A stretch of DNA of 64,000 nt from Dendrobates tinctorius (lineage: Eukaryota), in the NCBI RefSeq assembly GCF_039654945.1, contig NW_027361934.1, forward strand, positions 434,001 through 498,000, read 5' to 3'. The notes beneath the pieces were generated by a model that made no database searches, was not told the DNA's origin, and saw only the letters and a program-made list of their open reading frames with translations. The translations under genes were made by a program, and so were the position numbers. Of the stretch, positions 1 to 28,037 are shown piece by piece. Every line of letters begins with the position of its first letter. Position 1 is the first letter of the stretch.

Positions 1-94
1 GGTCGGGTGTATTTCCTTGCCTCGGTATCGGAATTCAGGTGTGAAAAGGCCGAAAGCTAAGAAACTAATATGATAGCGTGTGAAGATCACTCAC

Positions 95-183
95 CTGCCT
101 TGATACATAAACTTTATCAAAGCCAGCGCCAGAATGGCCAGGACGCCAAGGCGCAGATACAGAATTCTCCTCCTGGAAGGCAT
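95..183 (-). CDS. Putative first coding exon of an unidentified type II membrane (signal-anchor) protein; gene continues off the left edge
   Basis: Minus strand: polypyrimidine acceptor ...tttccgtag|AG then ATG(183), reading MPSRRRILYLRLGVLAILALALIKFMYQG, then donor CAG|GTGAGT at 95/94. Basic cluster followed by a hydrophobic stretch. Candidate upstream exons: 5965-5848, ~3418-3356, 2182-2059. Confidence 0.5.
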
Positions 184-299
184 CTCTACGGAAAGAAGAA
201 ACAATGGAAAAAAATACAAAGGTGAAACCAAAGCCGGCACCTGCAAACTGATATGGGGAGACGAGGCTATAGGATGTGATGGCTAGCAAAATTCCTTAA

Positions 300-740
300 A
301 GGGTCATTCCCATCTTCATAAATGGATATTTTTTTGGATAAAGCAGGTAAAAACAAGCACTTTTGCAATTTACTGCTTTTTAAAATTTGCAGCCGTTCTT
401 GAGATATTAACAATTTTGTTTACAGCTCGTTGCCTGGGAGACCGACCACTGCTGCTGTCTAGCTTGTGAGCCCTAGCTGGGATTAGGCGGTAACAGCGCG
501 TTCCACAGGCCCTGAGCAGCTTCAAAACAGAGCTTACAAGCTGAAAACAAAGGAGCTTTTAAGCACTGTGCGCCTTTCTGCTGTCAATCAGCGGTGGTCG
601 GTCACCAAGGCAACGAGCTGTAAACAATATTGTAATATCTCAAGAACGGTTGAAAATTTTAACAAGCAGTAAATTTCAAAAGTGCTTGAACTTACGAGCA
701 CTATCCGACAATATCTATTCATGAAGACTGCAATAACCCC
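300..740. mobile_element. T2/Kolobok-type MITE with TTAA TSD
   Basis: TTAA at 296-299 and 741-744; long imperfect inverted arms; same family as 47462-47757. Confidence 0.7.
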
Positions 741-1632
741 TTAAAGGGATATTCTGGTTTTAGCAATTGAGTGCTGTTCGTTGCATAATAAAGCTTTGCA
801 GTTTTCCTGAATACGTTTTGTATCAAATCCCTTTACAAGATCTCTGCTTGCTGTCACTTGGTGCTGCCTGCCATTGGAACCTATCCTGGTATTTGGGGCT
901 AAAAACATATTTTGCGATTGGGCTTCATTAACAATTTTGCACCATTTGCCTTCTCTAGCCTCTGTGCTGTGCATTGCTGGCTACAGCATGAGTTAACTGA
1001 AAATCTGTCAGAAAGCTCGGTCTGACGGAAAAGTAGCTGTTTTCTCTGTCTTTTGCTGAGCCCCGATTTATCACTACAGACCACATCAAGGTTGAATGTG
1101 CAGGAAACAAAGACCGTAAAAGTCAAACAGAGCAAAGTTTTTTCTCTGAAACCCAATTGCAAAAATTATTTCTAGGCCCAAATATATATATTTAAATGAA
1201 AAAAAGGCCTTAAAGGTGAACAAACTTTTTAAGCTGGTCATACATGAGATAGCTGTTGGCCGAGTGAGCGATTGTGTCAATGGGGAGAGGACAAAAAACT
1301 TCTGTGAGGAAGCTCTGCTATCGGATTATCTCCCCTCAAAACAAAAGGACCAGCGGTTGAAATCCCAAGTGTCCCATCACATATCAAAGGACCGGCCATT
1401 CCAGCTGAACTTCACTTTTATCAAATGTGTATGTGTTCATCTAGACTACCAGTAGATCCTGCAAGTGTCACCAAGTCTACAGGGTAAGGAAACCCTTATC
1501 TTACTGGCCACTGACAACAAATCAGAAGTTTGAGCATGCATGTCTATATCATATTGGTTTCACAGCTCTCGGTACAGCTTACCATTAGGGAATCAATACT
1601 CCAATAAAAATTTGTCAAATTCTACTCCTATT

Positions 1633-1850
1633 TTAGGTCTGGCTGTGGGCACCAGCATACACCAGTAACTTGGGGTGTTTATGGTGCCCACAGCCAGAAC
1701 CTATTTTAGATCCGGTTGAAGGCAGCAGCTAACACCTGTGACTTGGGGTGCTTGTGGTGCCCACAGCTGGACCCTATTTTAAGTCCAGCTGTGGGCACAA
1801 GCAAACATATATCACTTGGGGTGTTTGTGGTGCCCACAGCCGGACCTACT
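1633..1850. repeat. Short array of inverted-repeat units (ggctgtgggcac...gtgcccacagcc)
   Basis: About three units, each with self-complementary arms. Confidence 0.5.
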
Positions 1851-4800
1851 AACTAAGGGGTTATAACCTGGGTCATCAATGGTAGGAAATGGATAGAATT
1901 TGGACCATATGGGGTTAAAATATTAAGACCTTAAAAATAATAATACTCTGAAATGAAAGGAGTGACAGTGTCACATGAAAACAAGGCAGAAGCCCATTAT
2001 CATTTCAGATAACAATGCAAGAAAGTTTCACAGAAATTGAGGATGTAGTTCTCTTTACCTGATCGCCCCCATTAACTCCTGTGCAGGTATGACAAGGTGG
2101 AAGTCCTGCTGCAGAGCTGTCGCTGTCAGCTCACTGTGAGACCAGGGACACACCAGGAAGTTCAGAGCAGAACTTGTATTTCCTGCTCTGGAGAAATGTT
2201 ACAGGTTGCGGTGCAGCGTGCATGATAAAAACAGACATTTGTCACCAGATTGACTGTGGACTATTGAGCTTGTGCGTTTTCGCACCACGCTATGTGTCAG
2301 AGCCTGGGACAGTGACACTGCAGGGGATTTTTCGTTATGCGACACCCACGGGCATCACTCACCTCTCTGACATTTCTGTACTAAAAAAATATGTATACAA
2401 GGGTTTGGTCCGCACGTAGGAGGGATAACAGAATTTTTTGGGTCATTCCAGACCATTTTTCATTTCTGCGCTTTCGTATTTTTCCTCTTCTTCCAAAACG
2501 CATAAAGTTTTTTATTTTTATTGTTTTTTTAATCTGGACAAGTTGTAGTTTTTAATAACTTTGTTCACTTTATCATATAATGTACTGAACCAAAAAAATA
2601 CCAAGTGCAGTGAAATGGTTAAAAAACCCCACAAAACATACGCACGAAAAAAAGAACCATTTAAATGCCACCTTCGGTGATTAACAGCAACGATCAGAGC
2701 CAGCTCCGGTCGCTGCTGTTAGAGGCAGGTGCAGGCTGCAAAACACAACCTTAGGACAGGTGATCAGTATCAGCTCTGTGAGGATCTGCCTCCCGACATC
2801 ACCCACCGATCATCTGTTTGTAGCTCCCTTGGCGGCTGTGTAGTGAGGAGGAAAAGCACAGCTCCGTACACTGTGTAGTGGCCGTTCTCTGTACTGCAGC
2901 TAAGCTCCTACTGAAGTGACCTGAGCTGCAGTACCTGGGACATGCCACTGTGGCGTATTTAGCTGTGCTCTTCCATGTCTGTACACTGTTTACAGCAGAA
3001 GCCGATCAGCTTCTGCTTTACACTGTTTACAGCAGAAGCCAAGCAGCTGATCGGTTGGGGTGCCAAGTGTCGGACCCCTCCGATCTGATATCTTTAGGAT
3101 AGGTCATCAATTTATAAGTCCTTGCCAAGCACCCAAGACAAATTAGCTGTTTGACAAAATATTGCTCCGCCACTAGCTCTATCTCCCGATCCCCGGATCA
3201 CAAGAACGATCGTCTTTGCTCCCGTGTTCTCCTCTGCACCTGCTCAGTCAATCCCACCTTACTCCATTTTTTATAGCCCTTTGTGGGCCAGTCATGGGTT
3301 ACACCTTCTCACATTTCCATTGTCTAACAACACAAAAGACAAGGTCACGGGTTACCTGGCGCCGACGCGTCATCAGAGGATGGGCGAGACATCACCAGAT
3401 AACAGCCAAGTACAGAAGCTACTGCATTTGCAGAAGAAAAATGTCTTTAAACATAATTTTTCTTGTACAAACCTATATAAGAGCCGTCTATATAACCTAG
3501 CGACACACGGACACATTCCTTGATTATATAGACGTCTTTTAAAGCTGTTTTTTAGGAGCGATAAACAATAAAAACGAAGTTTTCAAAGATTTTTTTTGCT
3601 GGCACTTCTATACTGAGCTTTTATTACTGCTCCAGTCTCCGATCGGGGACTGGAGAGACGATCACTGGCAATCACCGAAAAGCACACCCCCTGCGTTATC
3701 TGTCACCGGCCTGTGTGCAGAGTATATACATATACAGTACATATACAGATGGTAATAACATATGATTCACGGGCTCATTAACCTTTGAAGCAATTTTTAA
3801 CAAGTTTCCTTTTAGAAAACCCGGTGGTGGACTCGCCCACGATCCGCCCGTACAGATTACAGAAAGACAGGACAATATGATCTCCTGTGTATGGGGGTCC
3901 TCCTGACTCTCCCAAGACATTTGATTTTGGGGGAGAGGAAGATTGTTAATATTGAGTTTGCTTTGTTCTGCAAAGAGGCATCTTCCCCTCTCCTCATTGA
4001 AAACACATGAACACTCGGACGATCTGGATATGCTGGTCTACCGTTGGGGGTCGGGAGGACTCTGTTCACCAGTTCTCAATGGGGAGAGAAGAGAAAGCTG
4101 ATTACATACACTTCTAAGAATGATTCTTCAACCCAGAAAAAGATATAGAGAAACCGCTACTCATATCGGGAGGTCGGCCACTCCTGCCCAAATCAGCGGG
4201 TTCCTTTATTGTGTGACACCACTGACTTATCTCAGAAGAACAAAAGGAATGGGGCATGTCACAATCCAGCTGTCGAATCCTTACCTCCGCAGATCAGTTG
4301 GTCGGACACTCCTGCCAAAATCAGGACCTTTGGCTGACCTCACTTTCGTGGGTAGACCGTTGGCAGATCCCCAATGAGAAGTCAATGTAGCCTTCACACA
4401 GTATACAGCTGTGGCCTCCAAACTGTGGACCTCCAACTGCTGTAAAACTACAACTCTAAATGTGGCTGGCCAGGAGGTGAAGTTTTGCAATAGGCGTAGA
4501 GACACTAAAGTGCCAAATATGAGGTCGGTGACTGTGCACAACCTGACGATTACCCTGCGGGATGTTTGCGATGGGTGGATAGAACAAAGAAATTTGGAAG
4601 CAAGGTGAGGAGCTTCAGGCACCGCTGCTGGCAGCTTGCTGCGTCAGAAACCTTCCCCTACGTCCAATTATGTGAATTAGCTCCTACAGATGGGAGTAAT
4701 CTGAATGTGAATCTCCACCTTTGGATATAATAAGAAACAGTACTAACCCTGCTGCTGTGGGATGGAGAAAGAAATTGCACATAAAGAAAGGATTTTTGTC

Positions 4801-6097
4801 TGCAGATCTCAGGCAGACGCTACCTAGACCCCTATAGATACAGGGGATGCTGGGGGTTATGCTGGTTGCAGTGCTGCGGAGAAATGGATTGTGGCATCAA
4901 TCTGCCATCTAGTGCTGGCATCAGGTATTTCAACCGACGTCTTGCCTAAAGGGGCATTCCATAATTATTGCGTTGGCCTATGAAGCGACGATTTGTTAAA
5001 ACGTCAATCAGGTGTGTAAATCAGCCCTTAGGGTCAATTAAAAGGGGTATTCCCGACTTGGGCATTTATGGCATATCCACATCCATCTTAATTGCACCAC
5101 GGGGAATGAATAGGCGTCTGCCCGCGTCTGTCTCACTTCATTCACTTGTATTAGTGAATAATGTAAAATATTGAATTTCCTCCTATTCACTGATGGCAAA
5201 CAGAGAACTTGAAAATGCTGAGTGTATGAGAAAGCTGTAGAAGTTTTAAAGGGGACCCGGCAGGACCTATATTATTCATAAAACCGCAATTCTTCAGCAT
5301 CTTTTCTAAAAAAAAAAAAACGATGTATAAATAAATTGACAACTGGGTGTTACCAGTCGTGGGTGTGTTCCTGCACAGTATCTGACACTGTCCATTCAGT
5401 GCTCATTATGCAAGGACACACTCCTTTGACAAAAGGGAATGGACAGTTGTCATTTCATAAATATCCAGGAATAATTGGGGAAAAAAAAGACAAAAAGACT
5501 GATGTGTTAATATTCCCATGGGATATGAGTCAGACTTGGATAACAATCGTTTTTAGGCCTCGTTCAGGCGAGTTTTGGCCATCAGACTCGTCCACAGAAC
5601 TCAATGGTTGCCTAAAAGGAAAAACCGACGCCGTAAAGACACCATCTACTTTTAATGGATCCTTATATTAGTTTTTTCAAATGTGGATGTAAAAAGCCGA
5701 CATAGATTACAAGACCGGCTCCATGTGCAGAAGTCACCGCCTATTGTCCGGCACCGGACTGGTGGATTGTTTCACCGTTCGCATGATCCCGGCCTTCAGA
5801 TTGATTTTGACGCCTCTGATTCAAGAGGTCGATGCACCGTCACTTACCACGGACTGTCGGAGGCCATCCCTGTTCCCCTGCTTATTAACCCCTTCTCCTA
5901 TCGGATGATGATGTCGTACGCTCCAACACACAACTCGCCTTCTTCATCCTTCATTACCAGCCTCTCTGGAAATAAAAAAAGACAAAAGAAGAGCAGATGC
6001 TCACAGTTATTTAGAAGCTAAACGCTGCCAAGTCTCCGCTCAGGATTTTCCTGGAACAAAGTGATTTTTGGATGAGGGTCATAAGAATTCGACTTAA

Positions 6098-8619
6098 CCC
6101 TCCGTCAGGCGCAATATAGATTCTCCTCAGTTCATGCGCAATGTGCCTGACAAGCACAGGTCAGAAAACCACCTATAGTAGCTACATATTTCAATTTCAG
6201 GACTATAGAAGTAGTCAGTGACCTTCATAGGAATGTATTAAAAGAGATTACACCAAATCAGATGCAAAAAAAAACATTTATTAACCATAAACTTATTAAA
6301 ACTAAAAGTACCACTTTTCGGTAGTACCGCCAAATAGGCTCCAGTTATCTTTACTTAACTATTGCTTAAATATAAAATTATGGAAAAAAACTTAAAGGAT
6401 ATTGCACTTAGATGTTACTTAATTATTTTCTACTCATCTTCAGTGGTTTCAATTGCAGCAGAAGCAGCACAGGTACACTTAGAAAAGCAAGGCTGGCAGA
6501 CGAAAGTTGCATGGGAAAGGCAGATTGATTCTTTACATATTTTGCAGTCATATTTAGAAAGCCTTCTGAAACCAGATACAAATGAGCAGGTAGTACAACT
6601 GCGTCTTTTAGAAGGTGGTAGAGTCGGTGTTTGTTCTGGAACGTCCTTGGGACGATATCTCTTCAACCGGTGTTGCAGGGCAAGGGGCATTCCAACCGTC
6701 TTTGTACTTCTTAGGCTTAGCTCTCCACTCACCAGTTCATTAGCCAATTGTTTTAGGTACATTCTTCTGCGCATTTGTTTAAGTTCATTACCGAGGTAAA
6801 TTACTTGTGAGTTGATGCCACCCACATTCAGCATTGTAAAGAAGATTACCATCGGCCAGCGTTTGGTATTTCGACTTACACTGAAATTGCCACACATTTG
6901 GTCAGCAGTGTCAACGCCGCTTTTGGTCAAATTATAAAAAGTTATGATTTCTGGTTTCCTTAGCTCCCCAGACTCTGGATCAATGGTGTAATCATTATGT
7001 AATGAAGAGACCAAAATCACATTTTTCCTCTCGCGTGGGATGTAAGAAACTAAAATCTTTCCATTACTGAACCCAAACATAGTGCTATACTGTTGTTTGC
7101 CTTTTGTATATAGAAAATCTGGCGGCAACTGCCTTTTGTTTTTTCTAACAGTTCCCACATATGACAGCTTTTTCGTTTTTAAAAAATCAATCAGATCAAA
7201 GTCAGTAAACCAGTTGTCAGCAGTGATATTTCGACCAGATCCAAACATTGGCTCAGCAATTCTCTTTACCACATCACTAGGCTTGTTGCTCACATTGAAA
7301 GGACCTGGTGGCTGTCTTCCACAATAAACTTCCATGTTCATAGTGTACATCATCCTTGCATCAACCATGGCAAAAATTTTAATTCCATATTTGTTTGGCT
7401 TTGATGGTATATATTGCCGAAAACCACATCTTCCACGGAAACCTGGAAGCATCTCATCAATAGTGAGGTTTTTCCCCGGGCAATAGCTTTTTTGACAATT
7501 CATAATAAATTGTTGAAATATGTCCTGAATTGGTGCAAGCCGGTCATAACCTTTTCGTTCTGTCCGGGTACTTCGATCATCGAAACGGAGGCAACGGATC
7601 AGGACTTTGAATCGTTTCAGATTCATCACAAGGCTGAATTTTTCGATGCCATCACCGTCTGTCCCCCACAGCTCCTCCAAACTTTGCCTATTTGCTCTGA
7701 AAGCACCAGCTAGGTATAACAAGCCAATAAATGCCTTGAGTTCAATCACATCAGTGTTTTTGATGTCCCTCTCTCTGGAGAATTGCTCTTTGATTGTGTC
7801 AATATACTGGTTAGTGAACCGAACAATAGTTTCCAACATGCTATCTGTAATTAGATTACTCCAACATTCCACTGCAGTTTTAGCTTTTCTAGCACTTCCA
7901 ATAACTCCAGGAAGGTGTGTAATAATATTGTGGGATTCTCTGCGCTGTTTGTTCTTGGGTGCCTTTTTGTTCCACTTTGTATTTTTATCTTTGCCCAAAT
8001 AATAAGCTAGATCTGTGTCTGTTTCCTCTGTATCAGTGTCATCACCATCCTGCTCTGTTCCAGAATCAGTGTTACATTCTGCTACCTCATCTTCAGATGA
8101 AATGTCACTAGATTCCTCTAAATCCTCAGTTACTGCTGGTTCTTCCTCATCATCTTCTAACAAAAAAAATCTTCATTTCTTCTAAATGAAGGGGTTTAGA
8201 TGAATCATACTGTTTTCTGGCCATTGCAGCAGAAAATCTGAAGCAAGAGAGAAAGAGTATGTGTTAGGGCGCAATGTGCTTTTGAAGCCACCCTCCTTTT
8301 GTCTAAGAAAACAGTACTTATGTACACTAACTTAGCATTAATCCTTCATAAAACAAGCTAAATACACAATCGTGATGAATAAAAAAAGAAAATACTAACC
8401 TTTCAATTTGTGTTGAAATCAGGCGCAATGTGCCTGAGAAGCCAAAGTGTTGATATCTGCTCACTAGAAGGTCTGCTGAGTCACTGTGATATCAGGTTTC
8501 ACAGAGCCTGTAGAGTCAGGAGATAACTAGGAGGGGTGGGGTTTTCTGATAAGTGGGCAAGGAGAGAGAAGTGAAACTAATTACTGTGTGCCTGTCAGAT
8601 CTATTGCGCCTGACGAGGG
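6098..8619 (-). mobile_element. Full-length piggyBac-like DNA transposon (~2.5 kb)
   Basis: TTAA TSDs at 6094-6097 and 8620-8623. TIRs CCCTCCGTCAGGCGCAATA and (rc) CCCTCGTCAGGCGCAATA. Subterminal GCGCAATGTGC repeats near 6136, 8270 and 8423. Confidence 0.95.
6430..8224 (-). CDS. piggyBac transposase (PGBD4-like); 577-codon open frame, with ATG 8224 separated from it by a 1-nt frameshift in a T8 run
   Basis: DDD triad motifs TIDEM, TADNWFT, KSGVDTADQM; PNKYGIK; C-terminal Cys-rich domain (CTTC..CKICKESICLSHATFVCQPC); acidic N-terminus. Confidence 0.9.
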
Positions 8620-9769
8620 TTAAGTGCTAGAAATGAACTTTCTCTGTCGGCGAGAGACGACGGGTTTATGCACATATTGTTAATACCCGTCACAAATAAC
8701 CGCACAATTTTGGAAAAAAAAAAATTTGTGGTACGACCCACTTTTTTTTAAACCATGGCACAGTTGGAGAAACACGGCCGTACACAATGGGCCAGGGCAC
8801 TCCGCTGCCGGCCTTCGGGGGAGAGGTTCCCATGCACCATTTGATGCACCCTAACAAACTTTGTGGCGGCGGGTCCCCGGTTTAGATTGACTTGGACAAT
8901 CGTGAAATGGTGGAGCAGCGCTTGCTAGAAGAGGCTAGTGGAGGAGGACAGGAGCCACTGCCACCTTGGAAGGCCGACATCTGCAGTACCCTGGCCCATC
9001 ATGTGAGGCACCGCAACCGGTCAGGACCGTCTTTCCAACCGCACAGCCTGTAGTATATCACCATGATCAACCAGGGGCGGACACAGCATTGGTGCAACAG
9101 GGGCCCAAGAGATAAGGGGGCCAAAATAAGTGGAATTGTGCCCTATGAGGAGCTACGGGACTGCAAAGGGCCCATCTATTGTCCTTGCCCTGGGGCCCTT
9201 ATGGTCCTGTGTCCGCCAGTGGATCCGACCGCTGGGACCCGAACAATTCTGAGAAATGGATTCTGCAAAAGAAGAATGTAAATAAACTAAAAAAAGATTT
9301 AAAAATCATTAAAAAAATCCTAAAAAATAAAATATAAAAACATGAAAATTCAAATAAAGATTTTTTAAAAAACTAAACCTATCCCATACGCACAAAAAGT
9401 CCGAGCGATCGAAATAGAAAATAAATTAATCCGTATGATTAAAAAAAAACATCAAAAAAACAGAATGCTGCTTTTTCAGCCATGCAAAAAAAAAAGTGAA
9501 AATATTATCAAAAAGTCGGATCTAACCCAAAACGATACCAATAAAAACGGCACTAAAAATAAAAAACAAAACACAAACCCCGCATACGGCCACGGATGGC
9601 AATGAGGATGGGAAGATAACAAAATAAACTTTACAGCTCTTAGAAGGGGAAAAAAATGAAAGCGCAAAAAGGGAAAAATGAGCTGAGGAGGGAAGGGGTT
9701 AATGATCTGTATCACGCTCTATATTCCATTATAACCCCCAACCTTCTACGTTACATTCGTTTCCGTCTT

Positions 9770-10140
9770 TTCCAGTTGCCAGGCAACAACCGCTTCAGTC
9801 ACTAGAGGACAATCTGTCACTTATCAGTCATAACCATGGCGGCGGCCATTTTTCCTGAGTCACTTCCTATCATTTTACATTAGACGTCGGAAAAATGGCC
9901 CCATATATGTGAAGACGAGAATTTTCGGGAAAACATTGTGGCTGCAGACTTGTTACTCTGGACACGTGAGCAGAGCCTCTGACGTCATCATTGTGCGCGG
10001 TAGTTCAGTGCAGGACTGGACACTGGAGGTGAGGAGGCAGGATGGGGAGCCTGGTAGAGGTGGTGGGTGAGCGCTGTGGCTGGGGCTGTCCTGCTGGGAC
10101 TTGTAGTTCTGCAGCTGTTAGCTTTGGCACTGGGAGTTGT
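9770..10140. promoter_or_regulatory. MLST8 promoter and non-coding first exon; possibly bidirectional
   Basis: RFX-like GTTGCCAGGCAAC 9775-9787; YY1-like GCGGCCATTTT and AAAATGGCC ~9840-9900; CRE TGACGTCA ~9980; donor GAG|GTGAGG ~10028; ZNF143-type TGCTGGGACTTGTAGT 10092-10107. Confidence 0.6.
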
Positions 10141-11043
10141 TTGAAGGCTCTGGCTGCTGCCAGTGTAACAAACCCTCAGATGTGAGCAGTTGCACAGTTT
10201 CTGGACCTTAGCGGATAACCCGTGGATATTATGTATTCATTTATGTTGTGGATTTTCATGGCGATTTATTGCACTGTTTTTTTTATTGTTTTAATTCCTG
10301 TCTGCAGATTTTTTTTTCTTAATAAAAACTCTCCTTTATTCACCCTTCCCCGGTCCAGCGCTGAGTCTCTGACTCTGCTCCCGATGTCTGTCATTGTCTG
10401 CAGCGGTGACGTCACATTGATAGCACTGCAGCCAATCACAAGACGATAAGCTGAATAATTACATTAACAGACAGCAGGAGCAGCAGCGGAGACTCAGCGT
10501 CGGACCAGGGGAGGGTGAATAAGGCGTTTTTGGTAGAAGGGGGTAGAAAACCCCCCTGAAAATCCCTTTAAATCTTGATTAGAGATGTACCATAGCAAAT
10601 CCGCAGCTGGAATTCCACATTGATTTCCGCATAGACCTGCTGCAGTATCAGCATAAGTTACTGTGGATTTTACCTTTCGTGGATTTGTGGCACCAAACTG
10701 CAGAAATAGTCTGCAGGAAGGATAAAGCGATACTCGCCCATCCCCCCGCCCAGCTCCCGGCCTCTAGTTCTTTTATGGGGGTTGGCTGATTGGTCGTCTC
10801 CTCGCTTCTCCTGTGTAATGAGACCGGCAGGCTGAGTGTTTTGCCCCCAAAATTCGGCACAATTCTCGCGGTGAACGTACTGCCCATGATCCGATGCAGG
10901 AAAGAACAATGAAGACAGGATATATCGAGGGAGTATAGCTGTCAATCGATATCAAGAGGAGCGGTGTTGAAGAGGGCTCTCCATACAGTAACCTCATACT
11001 TGCCGCTGCAATAATCCATTCTTTTTTTCTAGATTTAGGAAAC

Positions 11044-22390
<11,347 letters not shown>

Positions 22391-22860
22391 TCCGCTCATG
22401 ATCTGATTTGACTTAATATAAGACTTTGCTCTCCGGCCTGAGATGACACCGGGCAGGTGAGGATGTGACTCTTTGACCTCAGGGGACTCTTATTTGGAGG
22501 ATTCCTCTCTTGCGGTGTAATAAAGCTGTAAATGATCGGAGTCCTGCACTGAAAAGTGATGTATTTTTAATATGTAATCACACATACAAGGTGGAGTATA
22601 CAAACAGGAATCTGGCATCTCGGTGTATATTCGTCCCCCACTTCTGTCACCGGGGGAGGAACATCTGATTTGTGGATCAGTCGTCCTTGTTGTCGGAGAC
22701 GTGGTACATTGCACAGTCCAGCTGTCACTAAAGAGTTAACAGGAAACGGCACCGATCAATCCAAAACTAACTCCTCCCACAATTTGTGCAAAATCTGCGA
22801 GGGAGGAATTGGCCACACTGGGAGGAGTCCATATTTTTTTGGGAAGGGAGTATGTTCAGC

Positions 22861-28037
<5,177 letters not shown>

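Noticed and set aside
741-1162. ORFs 741-974 and 899-1162 as exons of the left-hand gene
   Set aside because: No convincing splice boundaries; removing the MITE does not join them to the downstream exon.
6362-8002. Plus-strand ORFs overlapping the piggyBac transposase
   Set aside because: Antisense shadows of the transposase frame.
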